A DNA stretch of 61,959 nucleotides, counting the filler. It is 4 parts of 4 records of this genome, joined end to end, with 100 filler letters (N's around TTAATTAATTAA, not from the genome) between each part and the next. Parts side by side here need not be neighbours in the genome. Positions count along the whole stretch, not along the records: positions 1 to 21,925 come from SRR20825019_974; 3 more parts are not named here. One strand, given 5' to 3'. Every line of letters begins with the position of its first letter. Position 1 is the stretch's first letter. Positions 8,547 through 18,500 of this stretch are shown here, piece by piece. Below the pieces are notes generated by a model. It saw only the letters and a program-made list of their open reading frames with translations. It was not told the DNA's origin and ran no database searches. The position numbers and the translations under genes were made by a program.

Positions 8547-9863
8547 TCAACCGGCATCCATCCGGGTGAGTTGGGGCTTTTCCTGCATCGAGCGTACAGC
8601 CGCGATGTCTTTGGTCCGGACCGGGAGTTCTGCGATCACGTCTTCGATCTCGTCGAGGGCGGTGCAGAGGGCATTGGTCGGGATCGTCAGTGCGGGCAGG
8701 AGCTTCAGCACCTGATCCCCGGCGCCGCAGGTCTCTGCGATGAGCCCGCGCGCGAAAAGGGTGCGTGACACGGTGTTTGCCGTATCGGCGCCATGCAGCA
8801 CCAGACCGCGCATCATGCCGCGGCCCCTGATCTCTTCGATATGATCGGGATAGCGCTCCGCCATCACCCGCAACCGGCTGTCGAGCGTTGCGATCTTGCC
8901 GGCAAGATCATCCCGGAAACTGTCATCCTCCCAATAGTGCAGGGACGCGGCGGCGGCAACGAAAGCCAGGTTGTTGCCGCGGAAGGTGCCGTTATGTTCG
9001 CCCACCTGCCAGATATCGAAATCCGGCGCTATCAGTAGCAGGGCCATTGGCAGGCCGAGCCCGCTGATGGATTTTGACAGGCAGATCAGGTCCGGCTGAA
9101 TGCCGAAATCCTCGAAACTGAAGAAGCTGCCGGTGCGCCCGCAGCCGGCCTGGATGTCGTCCACGATCAGCAGTGCGCCGCAGCAGGTGGCGATGCTCCG
9201 CAACCGGCGTAGCCAGGAGGCGGAAGCCGCCCGCAAGCCGCCTTCGCCCTGCACGGTCTCGACCAGGATGCAGGCCGGCGGCTCGATGCCGCTGCTTGGA
9301 TCCTTCAGACTGCGTTCCAGAAAGGCGAGGCCATCTTCACCGGGCAGATAACCGTCATAGGGAAGGCGCAGTGTGTTGGATAGAAGATGGGCGGAAGCAC
9401 GGCGGCTGTCGCGATTGGAGGTTGCCGAAAGGGAGCCGAGCGTCATGCCGTGAAAGCCGCCGGTGAAGGCGAGCACTGTCGAGCGTCCCGTTACTTTGCG
9501 TGCGAGTTTGAGGGCGGCCTCCACGGCGTTCGTTCCGGTCGGGCCGGTGAACATCACCCGGTGCGGCATGCCTCTTTTATCCAGGATGACGCGCTTGAAA
9601 CGGCTCAGGAATTCCCGTTTCGCGCCGGTATGCAGATCCATGGCCTGCAGGATGCCGTCGTCGCGGAGATAATCGAGCACCGCGTTTTTCATCAGCGGAT
9701 TGTTGTGTCCGTAATTCAGCGCGCCGCACCCCATCAGAAGATCGGTGAAGCGGCGTCCGTCTTCGGTGATGAGCTCATGGCCGACGGCTTTGGTGAAGAG
9801 GGCGGGAAAGCTTCGGCAATAGCTCCGGACCTGGGATTCGGCGACCTCAAAAATGTCATGCAT
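8547..9863 (-). CDS. Diaminobutyrate--2-oxoglutarate transaminase (EctB/Dat/PvdH family, class III PLP)
   Basis: ESQVRSYCRSFP, LNYGHN, GPTGTNAVEAALKLAR, ETVQGEGG, DDIQAGCGRTG, PLP lysine in SKSISG, GEHNGTFRGNN. Confidence 0.92.
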   Translation of the reverse strand: MHDIFEVAESQVRSYCRSFPALFTKAVGHELITEDGRRFTDLLMGCGALNYGHNNPLMKNAVLDYLRDDGILQAMDLHTGAKREFLSRFKRVILDKRGMPHRVMFTGPTGTNAVEAALKLARKVTGRSTVLAFTGGFHGMTLGSLSATSNRDSRRASAHLLSNTLRLPYDGYLPGEDGLAFLERSLKDPSSGIEPPACILVETVQGEGGLRAASASWLRRLRSIATCCGALLIVDDIQAGCGRTGSFFSFEDFGIQPDLICLSKSISGLGLPMALLLIAPDFDIWQVGEHNGTFRGNNLAFVAAAASLHYWEDDSFRDDLAGKIATLDSRLRVMAERYPDHIEEIRGRGMMRGLVLHGADTANTVSRTLFARGLIAETCGAGDQVLKLLPALTIPTNALCTALDEIEDVIAELPVRTKDIAAVRSMQEKPQLTRMDAG

Positions 9864-10986
9864 GTTCGGTGCTCCTGAGTGACGTATCCATGTCGGCGCG
9901 TACCGTCTCCGCCGGTTTCATGGCCCGGTAATCCTGTGCGATGCAGAAATATTCCCCGCCGGGCGTCATCTCGAGCCGGGGAAGTTGCAATTCGAGGATG
10001 AAGTCGCGCCGGAGGAGATCCGGCAGCCACCGGTCTTCGGGGCGCGACCATGGCCCGAAGTGACATTCGCCGAGGATCCATTCCGCGCCGGTGAGTACGT
10101 CCCGGCAGGGCGCGAGGCCGAATTCGGCGCCCTCTATGTCCAGCTTGATACCGTAATGGCGGGTGTCGCCGATCAGCTCCGGGAGCCCCACGGCCTCGAC
10201 ACTTTCCGTCGACGCGGCCGCAATGTCGAAAACAGTCGAATGCAGCATGCTGGTTGTGTCCGGCCCGTCCGCCAGACTGGCCATGGTCGCGGTCCCCGAC
10301 TCCGCCGCGACGAGCTTGCCGATGGTCCGGTAGCGGATCTGTTTCCGGTTCTGTCCGAGTGTTTTATCGAGGACGCGGAGATTGGCCTGTCCCGGTTCTA
10401 CCGCGATAATCTCCGCGTTTGGATAGCAGCTGTGCAGATAGACGGACGAGAGGCCGATGAAGGCGCCGATATCGAAGATCGTCCCGACCGGGCGATGATC
10501 GTGCGCGTAGTTCCGGCGCAGCAGTACCTCGAACAGATTGGCATAGGCCATCCAGTCCGGTGGCATGAATATCCGGTACTCCCGGTCATTCAGCCTGATG
10601 GAGAGCTGCATTTCCCGAAGCCGGAAGTCGGGCGAGTGGTTCGCGGCGGCTCTGGCGACGGCGGTGAGCCAGTCCCGCGTCTCTCCGGTCGTGGCGAGGG
10701 CGGGGATCTCACCTGCTGCTCCGGCGAGGTTGCGTCTGATCTCGTCCTGATCCTGCTGCACGGCACGGCGCGCGAGGACGAGCCTGGCCTCGTCCAGATG
10801 GCCGATCTGTTGCAGGATCCGGTCGTCCCCATCCCCCATTGCGGAAATTTTCGCATATTGCACAAGGCAGGCGGCGAGATCGCTTTGCGGCATGCAGGCG
10901 GCGATACGCCGGAAACTGTCATGGAAGCGTTTGCCCGGATGATGCGGGTCCGCGCGGCATAATGTGCAATCGCATGCCCTGCTCAT
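9856..10986 (-). CDS. FkbM-family SAM-dependent methyltransferase with an extra Cys/His-rich N-terminal domain
   Basis: TIFDIGAFIG, IIAVEP and IKLDIEGAE motifs. N-terminus has CDCTLC...HP...H. Confidence 0.8.
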   Translation of the reverse strand: MSRACDCTLCRADPHHPGKRFHDSFRRIAACMPQSDLAACLVQYAKISAMGDGDDRILQQIGHLDEARLVLARRAVQQDQDEIRRNLAGAAGEIPALATTGETRDWLTAVARAAANHSPDFRLREMQLSIRLNDREYRIFMPPDWMAYANLFEVLLRRNYAHDHRPVGTIFDIGAFIGLSSVYLHSCYPNAEIIAVEPGQANLRVLDKTLGQNRKQIRYRTIGKLVAAESGTATMASLADGPDTTSMLHSTVFDIAAASTESVEAVGLPELIGDTRHYGIKLDIEGAEFGLAPCRDVLTGAEWILGECHFGPWSRPEDRWLPDLLRRDFILELQLPRLEMTPGGEYFCIAQDYRAMKPAETVRADMDTSLRSTEHA

Positions 10987-12104
10987 CGGCTGGCCTGCCG
11001 TTTGTCTGTTTGCCGCGCCAAGCGGGCGAGATCGAAGGCCATTGTCTCGAACACGCCGCGCCAGTTTCCGGCGCTCGATTGCCGGTAGACCTTCGCACTC
11101 GGAAACCAGGGTGTGTGATCGCCTTCGAGGCCCCAGCGCCAGTCCGGCATGGCCGGTGTCGCCACCCAGACCGGCAGCCCCATGGCACCGGCCAGATTGG
11201 CGACAACGGTGTCGATCGAGATCACCAGATCCAGCGCTTCGAGGGCAGCGGCGGTATTGGCGAATCCTTTGATCCGGTCGCTGAGATCCTCAATGACCAT
11301 GCCTTCGGGCGGCGGTGTCAGTTGCGCGGTCGGTGCCCCGAACTGGAGACTGAACAGGCTGACCCCGGGAATTTCCGCCAAGGGCGCCATTTCGGCCAGC
11401 GACGCACTGCGGGAGGCGCCTTCCCAATGGGTGGCGGTGGTTGCCCAGACCAGACCGACCTTGAGACCGTGTCCGGCAAGCGCGGCCGGCGCGGCATGCA
11501 GATAGGGGCCATCCCATGGCTTGTGACGCTGAATACCAAAATACGCCGCCAGCTCCGCCGTTTGCACATGGAAGTCGCAGTCCGGAATCTCGGCCTCAAG
11601 AGGCAGCACCCGGGCCACACCGGTGAGGGATTTGAACAGCTCCACGAGGCCGGGACGGCATTGCAGGATGATTTCGGCGTTATGGGTTTTTGCCAGCATG
11701 GGCAGGAAGCGCGCATAGAGGATGTCATCGCCAAGGCCCCCGCCCCAGACGACGATGCGGCGTCCGTCGAGCGGCTCGCCCTGCCAGCGGGGGATCGGAT
11801 GGATGGGCGGGCCGAACGCATTGGCCTTGCAGCAGTCGAGCAGAAGCTGGCCGCCCTTCTCGGCATCGCCCGCCAGCAGATGCAGGCGGATCAGCAGCGC
11901 GATCGATGCCTCGCTGTGATCTTCCATGGCTTCCAGTCTGGCGATCGCGTCCGCGTAATCGCCGCGCTGGGCGGCTATGATGGCCCCCAGTTGCCGGATG
12001 GGGGTGAAACCGGCACGGAGCGCGGCGTCGGCCCGGCGTGCGGCAGTCTCCAGATCCCGGTCTTCGAAGGCGGCATATGCCAGGGCCGCGTCGCGATCAC
12101 TCAT
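10983..12104 (-). CDS. TPR-like N-terminus plus glycosyltransferase family 9-like (GT-B) domain protein
   Basis: PRWQGEPLDGRRIVVW..GLGD, KVGLVW, SLQFG, LDLVISIDTVVANLAGAMG, DWRWG, PWFPS...YRQ...GNW. Confidence 0.8.
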   Translation of the reverse strand: MSDRDAALAYAAFEDRDLETAARRADAALRAGFTPIRQLGAIIAAQRGDYADAIARLEAMEDHSEASIALLIRLHLLAGDAEKGGQLLLDCCKANAFGPPIHPIPRWQGEPLDGRRIVVWGGGLGDDILYARFLPMLAKTHNAEIILQCRPGLVELFKSLTGVARVLPLEAEIPDCDFHVQTAELAAYFGIQRHKPWDGPYLHAAPAALAGHGLKVGLVWATTATHWEGASRSASLAEMAPLAEIPGVSLFSLQFGAPTAQLTPPPEGMVIEDLSDRIKGFANTAAALEALDLVISIDTVVANLAGAMGLPVWVATPAMPDWRWGLEGDHTPWFPSAKVYRQSSAGNWRGVFETMAFDLARLARQTDKRQASR

Positions 12105-12130
12105 GTCGCTTCCTTTCCGTGGCTAAGGGG

Positions 12131-12889
12131 TCAGTGCAGGTGCGGCCGGAGGGTCTGCTCCGCCAGTGTCAAAAGCGCGTCTTTCTGGGATTGCAGGAAG
12201 AAGTGGTCGCCCGGAAACATCCTGACGCTCACCGGACCAATGGTGGCTTCCCGCCAGGCTTCCAGTCCGGCCGGATCGACCTCGTCATCCTCCTCTCCGC
12301 CAAGCACGCTGATGGGGCATTCCAGCTGGCTGCGAGACGTGCGGAGATAGGTCTCGCTCATCTCGAAATCGCTCCGCAGCAGCGGCAGGATCATGGTCAG
12401 GAGTTCTGGCTCCTGCAGTACCGATGTTGGCGTGCCGTTCAGACTCCGCAAACGGTCGCAGAAGGCGTCGTCGGACAGGTGGTAGCTTGGTGGCCGCGAC
12501 AACGGCAGATGCGGCGCGCGCTGACCGGAGACGATCAGCTGTGCGGGGCCGCGATGCTCTTCTGTCAGGGCGCGGGCCAGCTCATAGGACAGGAACGCGC
12601 CCATGGAGTGGCCGAAAAAGGCGATGGTACGGTCGAGATAGGGCCGCAGCTTTTCCAGCAATACCGGGAGTAAGTCCTCAACCTGCCGGAACGGTGTCTC
12701 GGCGATCCGGTCCTCGCGTCCGGGAAGCTGGATGGCGCAGACCTCGATACTATCTGGAAGCGCCCGCCCCCAATCCCTGAACAGGGAGGCGCCGCCGCCC
12801 GCATAAGGCAGACAGAAGAGCCGTAGCTTGGCCGCCGGGTTCGGTTTGGCGCATCGGATCCAGGGATCGGTTTTCGCAGTCGCGTTCAT
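12131..12889 (-). CDS. Type II (editing) thioesterase
   Basis: LFCLPYAGGGAS, QLPGRE, FFGHSMG, FPGDHFF. Confidence 0.93.
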   Translation of the reverse strand: MNATAKTDPWIRCAKPNPAAKLRLFCLPYAGGGASLFRDWGRALPDSIEVCAIQLPGREDRIAETPFRQVEDLLPVLLEKLRPYLDRTIAFFGHSMGAFLSYELARALTEEHRGPAQLIVSGQRAPHLPLSRPPSYHLSDDAFCDRLRSLNGTPTSVLQEPELLTMILPLLRSDFEMSETYLRTSRSQLECPISVLGGEEDDEVDPAGLEAWREATIGPVSVRMFPGDHFFLQSQKDALLTLAEQTLRPHLH

Positions 12890-12914
12890 TGAACTCTCCG
12901 ATGGTTTCGAGTGG

Positions 12915-15503
12915 TTACGGGATGGCGGACGCCGTGACCGGCGTCCGGGCGGATGTCAGGATTGCGCCGAGCAGGGCGGCATTGGCGCGGTAGTGCGGCT
13001 CAAGCAGCATTTCGCCGTGATCGCCATGGCCTGCGTGCCGGTGAAACGCACCGCGCGTGACCTCCATCCAGGCCGACTTGCTGGCGATCAGCGTTCCGTC
13101 TCCATCGCGGTATTCGTCCTCGCCCGAGGGACTGCTGATCAGATGAATGTTGGCGGCGACGGGCCGGGTCTCGGTGGTTGAGGACAGGAAGGTGTAATAG
13201 CGCCGGATCCGGCGATAGAGCTTGTCCTGCAGCACGCTGCTGGAGACGATGGAGGCGGCGCCGTCCGCTTCAAGAACCGTCCGGGCAAGGCGGTCCGCCT
13301 CTTCTTCCGGATAATCGAAATGTTTGAGGAAACGGGATGCGTCCAGCATCACGATGTCGCTGACGCGCCGACCGCGGCGTTCCAGCTCCAGCGCCACCTG
13401 GAAGGCCAGATTGCCGCCGCCGGAATAGCCGAACAGCAGGTGAGGGCCATCCGGGTCCGCCCCGGTGATCAGGTCCGCGTAATCTCCAATCCGGGTTTCG
13501 GCTTCGATGAAGTTGAAGGCATGAAAATCGATGCCCTCCAGATCTCCGGCGAGGCGGCCATAGCTCAAGGCATCCGTGGTGCCTGGCGGGAGTGCGAAGA
13601 GAGGCTTTCCGCCCGGGTGCTTGCTCAGGCGCACGCAGGGCTGGTCGATTTCGGCGGTACCGAACCGCGCCGCGTCCAGAATGATCTCTGCCAGTTTACG
13701 GATCGTGGGGTGGGTCAGCACCGAGGTCAGCGGCAGCGTTACGCCGAATTTTTTCTCCATCGTTGCGACCATCTTGGCGGCCAGAAGGCTGTGCCCGCCG
13801 AGCATGAAGAAATCGTCTGTCGCCCCGACCGGGGATGTTCCGAGCAGGTCCCCCCAGATCTGCGCCAGCGCGGTTTCCGTCTCGCCGGAGGGTGATTCGG
13901 GCGCGCTATCCGTATCCACCTTGGGTGGGGGCAGGGCGGCGCGGTCGATCTTGCCGTTCGGATTGAGGGGCAACGTGTCGAGCCGGATCAAGTGTGTGGG
14001 TACCATGAAATCGGGGAGCGTCGCGCTGAGATGCGCCCGCAGTGCGCTCTCGTCGATGGCGCCTTTCGCCGTGTAATGCGCGATGAGGGTGCGCCGGTCC
14101 TTGGCGCCCCATGCCTGAGCGACGGCGCCGGTGACGCCGGGATAGAGATGCAGGGCGGCCTCTATCTCGCCGGGTTCGATCCGGAAGCCCCGGATCTTGA
14201 TCTGATCGTCCAGCCGGCCAAGGAAGTCGATACTGCCATCGCCGCGCCAACAGGCCAGATCGCCCGTACGGTAAAGCCGCTCTCCGGAGGCGAAGGGATT
14301 GGCGACGAAACGTTCGGCGGTGAGGGCGGGATCGTTCCAGTACCCGATGGCAAGGCCGTCGCCGCCGACATAAAGCTCACCGGCCACGCCGGGCGGCAGA
14401 AGCCGCATTTGATCGTCCAGAATATAGGCCGTTGAATTGGTGATCGGCGACCCTATCGGAATGGCGCTCCGGTAGTCGCCGGGCGTAATCTGGTAACAGC
14501 AGGAAAAGGTGGTGTTCTCGGTCGGCCCGTAGCCGTTGACGAGGCGGCAGCCGGGCAGCATGTCGAGAGCCTTGCGGACATGTGCGACGGAGAGCGCCTC
14601 GCCGCCCGCGAGCAACTGGCGCAGCGGCTTCAGGCTCTCCGGATATGTGTCGAGCATCGCGTTGAACAGCCCGCCCGTAAGCCAGAGCGTGGTTACGCCC
14701 TCGCGGCTGATCAGGCTGCCGAGATCCGCGAGGCTCTGCTTTCCGCTCGGGGCGAGTGCCAGCCGGGCACCGTTCAGCAGCGGCCCCCAGATCTCGAAGG
14801 TGGCCGCATCGAATGAGACCGGGGCATATTGCAGGAACACCTGGTCCGGCCCGAAATCGGCATAGTCCGCACCGCGAACAAGGCGGGTGATGGCCCGCTG
14901 CGGCACGGCCACCGCTTTCGGGCGGCCGGTTGAACCGGAGGTGTACATGACATAGGCAAGGCTGCCTCCAGCACCGGTGCTGGTCACCGGGGTGCCGGGT
15001 GCCTGCTTTATCGCGGGGCCGTCCCGATCCAGCAGGATCAGGCGGATATCAGCTTCCGGAAGGTTCTCGCAAAGATCCGAGCGGGTGATGAGAGCTTCCG
15101 CCCCGGAATGCTCCAGCATGAAACGCAATCGTTCCGCCGGGTATGCAAGATCGAGCGGGAGATAGGCGGCCCCGGCTTTCAGGATGCCGAGCATCGTCAC
15201 GATCAGGTCGAACGAACGCTCAAGGCCGAACGCGATCAGAGCGCCCTCGGGCAACCCGATGTGATCGGTGAGGTAATGCGCCAGACAATTGGCCCTGCGC
15301 TCCAAATCGCCATAGCTCATGCTCCGGCCATCGAGACTTAACGCAATTGCGTCCGGGTTGGCGGTGGCCTGCTCGGCGAACAATTCCGCCACCGTCCGGT
15401 CTCGCGGATAGTCGCATCTGGTGCGGTTGAAGCGTTCGACCAGGGTCGCATCATCCCGAGTGTCTTCTGCGGACTCGATGAGGCTGAAGCTGGAAAGTTT
15501 CAT
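12915..15503 (-). CDS. NRPS terminal protein, A-T-TE (A domain predicted Val/branched aliphatic)
   Basis: YTSGSTGRPK, YGPTE, LYRTGD, T-domain GGHSL, TE GYSGG and GDHGEML. Hand-extracted specificity code DAFWLGGTFK. ATG 15503 is preceded by GAGAGGA. Confidence 0.9.
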   Translation of the reverse strand: MKLSSFSLIESAEDTRDDATLVERFNRTRCDYPRDRTVAELFAEQATANPDAIALSLDGRSMSYGDLERRANCLAHYLTDHIGLPEGALIAFGLERSFDLIVTMLGILKAGAAYLPLDLAYPAERLRFMLEHSGAEALITRSDLCENLPEADIRLILLDRDGPAIKQAPGTPVTSTGAGGSLAYVMYTSGSTGRPKAVAVPQRAITRLVRGADYADFGPDQVFLQYAPVSFDAATFEIWGPLLNGARLALAPSGKQSLADLGSLISREGVTTLWLTGGLFNAMLDTYPESLKPLRQLLAGGEALSVAHVRKALDMLPGCRLVNGYGPTENTTFSCCYQITPGDYRSAIPIGSPITNSTAYILDDQMRLLPPGVAGELYVGGDGLAIGYWNDPALTAERFVANPFASGERLYRTGDLACWRGDGSIDFLGRLDDQIKIRGFRIEPGEIEAALHLYPGVTGAVAQAWGAKDRRTLIAHYTAKGAIDESALRAHLSATLPDFMVPTHLIRLDTLPLNPNGKIDRAALPPPKVDTDSAPESPSGETETALAQIWGDLLGTSPVGATDDFFMLGGHSLLAAKMVATMEKKFGVTLPLTSVLTHPTIRKLAEIILDAARFGTAEIDQPCVRLSKHPGGKPLFALPPGTTDALSYGRLAGDLEGIDFHAFNFIEAETRIGDYADLITGADPDGPHLLFGYSGGGNLAFQVALELERRGRRVSDIVMLDASRFLKHFDYPEEEADRLARTVLEADGAASIVSSSVLQDKLYRRIRRYYTFLSSTTETRPVAANIHLISSPSGEDEYRDGDGTLIASKSAWMEVTRGAFHRHAGHGDHGEMLLEPHYRANAALLGAILTSARTPVTASAIP

Positions 15504-15513
15504 ATTTGTCCTC

Positions 15514-18500
15514 TCAGGCCACATCGGCCATATCGGCGGCGATGGCATCGGCGAAACGGTTCAGGCTCTGGAGATGACGTTCGGCGGCCTCGACCGTGAA
15601 CAGGCCGGCGTCATATTCCAGGGTCAGCGCGAAGGCGGAGCCGAGATCCTCGACCAGCAGCATGAGGTCGACCTTGGCGAACGGGAATATGAGGTCGATG
15701 GGTTTTGCGTCGGGACCTTCTTGCGGCCCGTTCGGCATTCCGCCCGCCTCACCGGACGCGTTCTGGTAGGCGTAGATGACATTGACCGGATCGCGGCTGT
15801 CCGCCGCCGGACCCCGGCCGCGCAGGATCAGGTCGTAGGGGTAATCCTGATGATCCAAAGCATCGGCGCTGGTCCGGGTCACCCGGTCGAGCAGATCCCC
15901 GAATTCGAGATCCGGTGTGATCCGGGTGCGGAGCGGCAGCAGGTTCACGAACGCACCGAGCAGCGGTTCGAGTTCCGGCCGACCGCGATTGGCGGCGGCC
16001 ATCCCGACGCAGATATCCTGCTGCCGGGTGAGCTGGAACAGGAACAGCTTGAAGAGGGCAAGCAGGGTATTGGCGGGCGTTGTGCCCTTCTCGTAAGAAA
16101 GCGCGCGGAGAGCCGTGCTGCTTTCCTCCGGCAGAAGCAGACGCACCCGGTTGCCATGCGCGACCGCACCTGGATTTCCGGAAAGATCGTGCGGCAGGCG
16201 TAGCGGCCCTTGCAGACCATCAAGCTGCTCTGCCCAATAGCGTGCATCTTCGGAGCGGTCGCGCCGGTCCTGCGATACCGCGTAATCCCGGTACTGGATC
16301 GTCAGAGGCGGCAGCGGGTTCGGCGTGCCGTCCTGCGCGGCGCGATAGAGCGTCAGAAGCTCGCGATAGAAGATCTCCATCGACCAGCCGTCGCCGATAA
16401 TGTGGTGCATCACCAGCACGAACACAGTCGGCCCGCTATCCCGGGTGATCAGGGTCACGCGGAACAATGGCGCCGCCTCAAGGGCAAAGCGCGTCCGGTT
16501 CTCCTCCGCGACGATGGCGCGGGTTCGGGCATCGGCATCTTCGCTATCCATCAGGGCGATGCTCTTCAGCGGCACGTCTATGGAGTCGAGGATGCGTTGG
16601 CGCGGCTCTCCGTCGATTTCCACGAAGATGGTGCGCAGGGTTTCATGCCGCGCGATGAGTTGTTCCAGCGCCCGGTGCAGGGATTCCGCGTCGATTGTGC
16701 CCTGCAGCTCGAAGGCCGCGGGCATGTTGTAGCGGGCGTCGGTGGCCAGCCGGTCCTCGAGCCAGAAACGTTTCTGGGCGTGGGACAACGGATAGGTTTC
16801 CTGCTCCGGCGCGGGCCGGACCGGCTCGTAGCCGGAGGTGCCATGGGTGCTGAGGAAGGGCGCGAATGCGGCAATGGTCGGATGCTTCAGGAGCAGGGCG
16901 AGGGGCAGCTTGATTCCGAAATCCCTGTTGGTGCGGGAGACGACCTGCAAGGCCTTCAGGCTGTGCCCGCCGAGCGTGAAGAAGTCGTCATCGATGCCGA
17001 TCGTCCCGACGCCGAGCACCTCCTGCCAGGTTTCCACCAGCCGCCGCTCGATATCGGTGCGCGGTGCCCTCCGGCTGCTTTCCGGAGTGGCGTGAGCATC
17101 AGGTTTCGGCAGCGCCTGATGATCGGTTTTGCCATTACGGGTGAGCGGAATGCGCTCCAGCGGCACGAAAAGCGCCGGGAGCATGTAGCCGGGCAGACGG
17201 GCCGCCACCCAGTCCCGCAGCTCCGGGATCGCATCCGCGCCGCAAACCACATAGGCGACGAGGCGGCCTTGATCCTGTTGTGCGATCACCGCCACCTGGT
17301 GCACTGCCGAATGCTGGCTCAACGTCGCTTCGATCTCGCCGATCTCGATCCGGTAGCCGCGCAGTTTGACCTGCTTGTCGATGCGGCCGAGATACTCGAG
17401 CCCGCCATCGGGGCGCCGTCGTGCAAGATCGCCGCTGCGATACAGACGCTCGGACGTGCCATCCACCATGCAGTCGATGAAGCGTTCGGCGGTCAATGCG
17501 GGGCGGTTGAGATAGCCGCGTGCGAGGCCTGCCCCGCCGACATGGATCTCACCGGCCACGCCGTCCGGAACCGGCTCGCCACGGGGATCGAGAAGATGCA
17601 GGTCGAGATCGCGCAGGGGACGGCCGATCAGGCTTGCCGTGCTGGTGCAATCCCCTGCGCGCAGCGGGCACCAGGTGACATGCACCGTGGTCTCGGTAAT
17701 CCCGTACATATTGACCAGCCGGGGTTGCTCCTCTCCGTAAAGGTTGAACCAGGGCTTCAAGCCCGGCAGGTCGAGCGCTTCGCCACCGAAGATGACCATC
17801 CGGAGCGCGAGCGTCCGTCCGCGTTCGACGGCTTCGGGAATGAGGTGCCGGAAGGCCGATGGTGTCTGGTTCAGGATGGTGACGCCTTCGCTCTCCAGCA
17901 AATCGTGGAAAGCGGCGGGGGTACGCCTGACATCGTCCGGAACCACGACCACGCGGCCACCGTGGAGCAGCGCCCCCCAGATCTCCCAGACGGAGAAATC
18001 GAAGGCGACGGAGTGGAACATCGTCCACACATCCTCTGCCGAGAAGGCGCAGTCCGGCGCGGTCGCATCGAACAGGCGCAGCACATTGGCATGGCTGACC
18101 ATGACGCCCTTGGGCTGGCCGGTGGAGCCTGACGTGTAGATCACATAGGCCATGTGATCCGGGGCCGGCATGCTCGCTTCATCGGGGGCGGGGGGCGTCG
18201 CGTTTCCTTCCGCCGGATCGTCGAGACAGAGGCAGGGCAGATCCAGGCTGGCCTCGTGGGCCCGTTCCGTCACCAGGGCGATTGCTTCTGCATCTTTCAG
18301 CATGAACGCGACACGCGCCGCAGGCGTCGCCGGGTCGATCGGCAGATAGGCCGCACCCGATTTGACGATCCCGAGCAGCCCGGCGATGAGATCGACGGAT
18401 CGGTCGGCGAGCAGCCCCACCAGCCGGTCCGGTCCGGCACCGAGCGCCCGGAGGCGCCGGGCGATAGTCTCCGCGCGTGCATCGAGCGCGGCGTAGCTCA

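Noticed and set aside
8547-9863. Ectoine biosynthesis operon
   Set aside because: No ectA or ectC nearby, and the gene is coupled to the NRPS operon.
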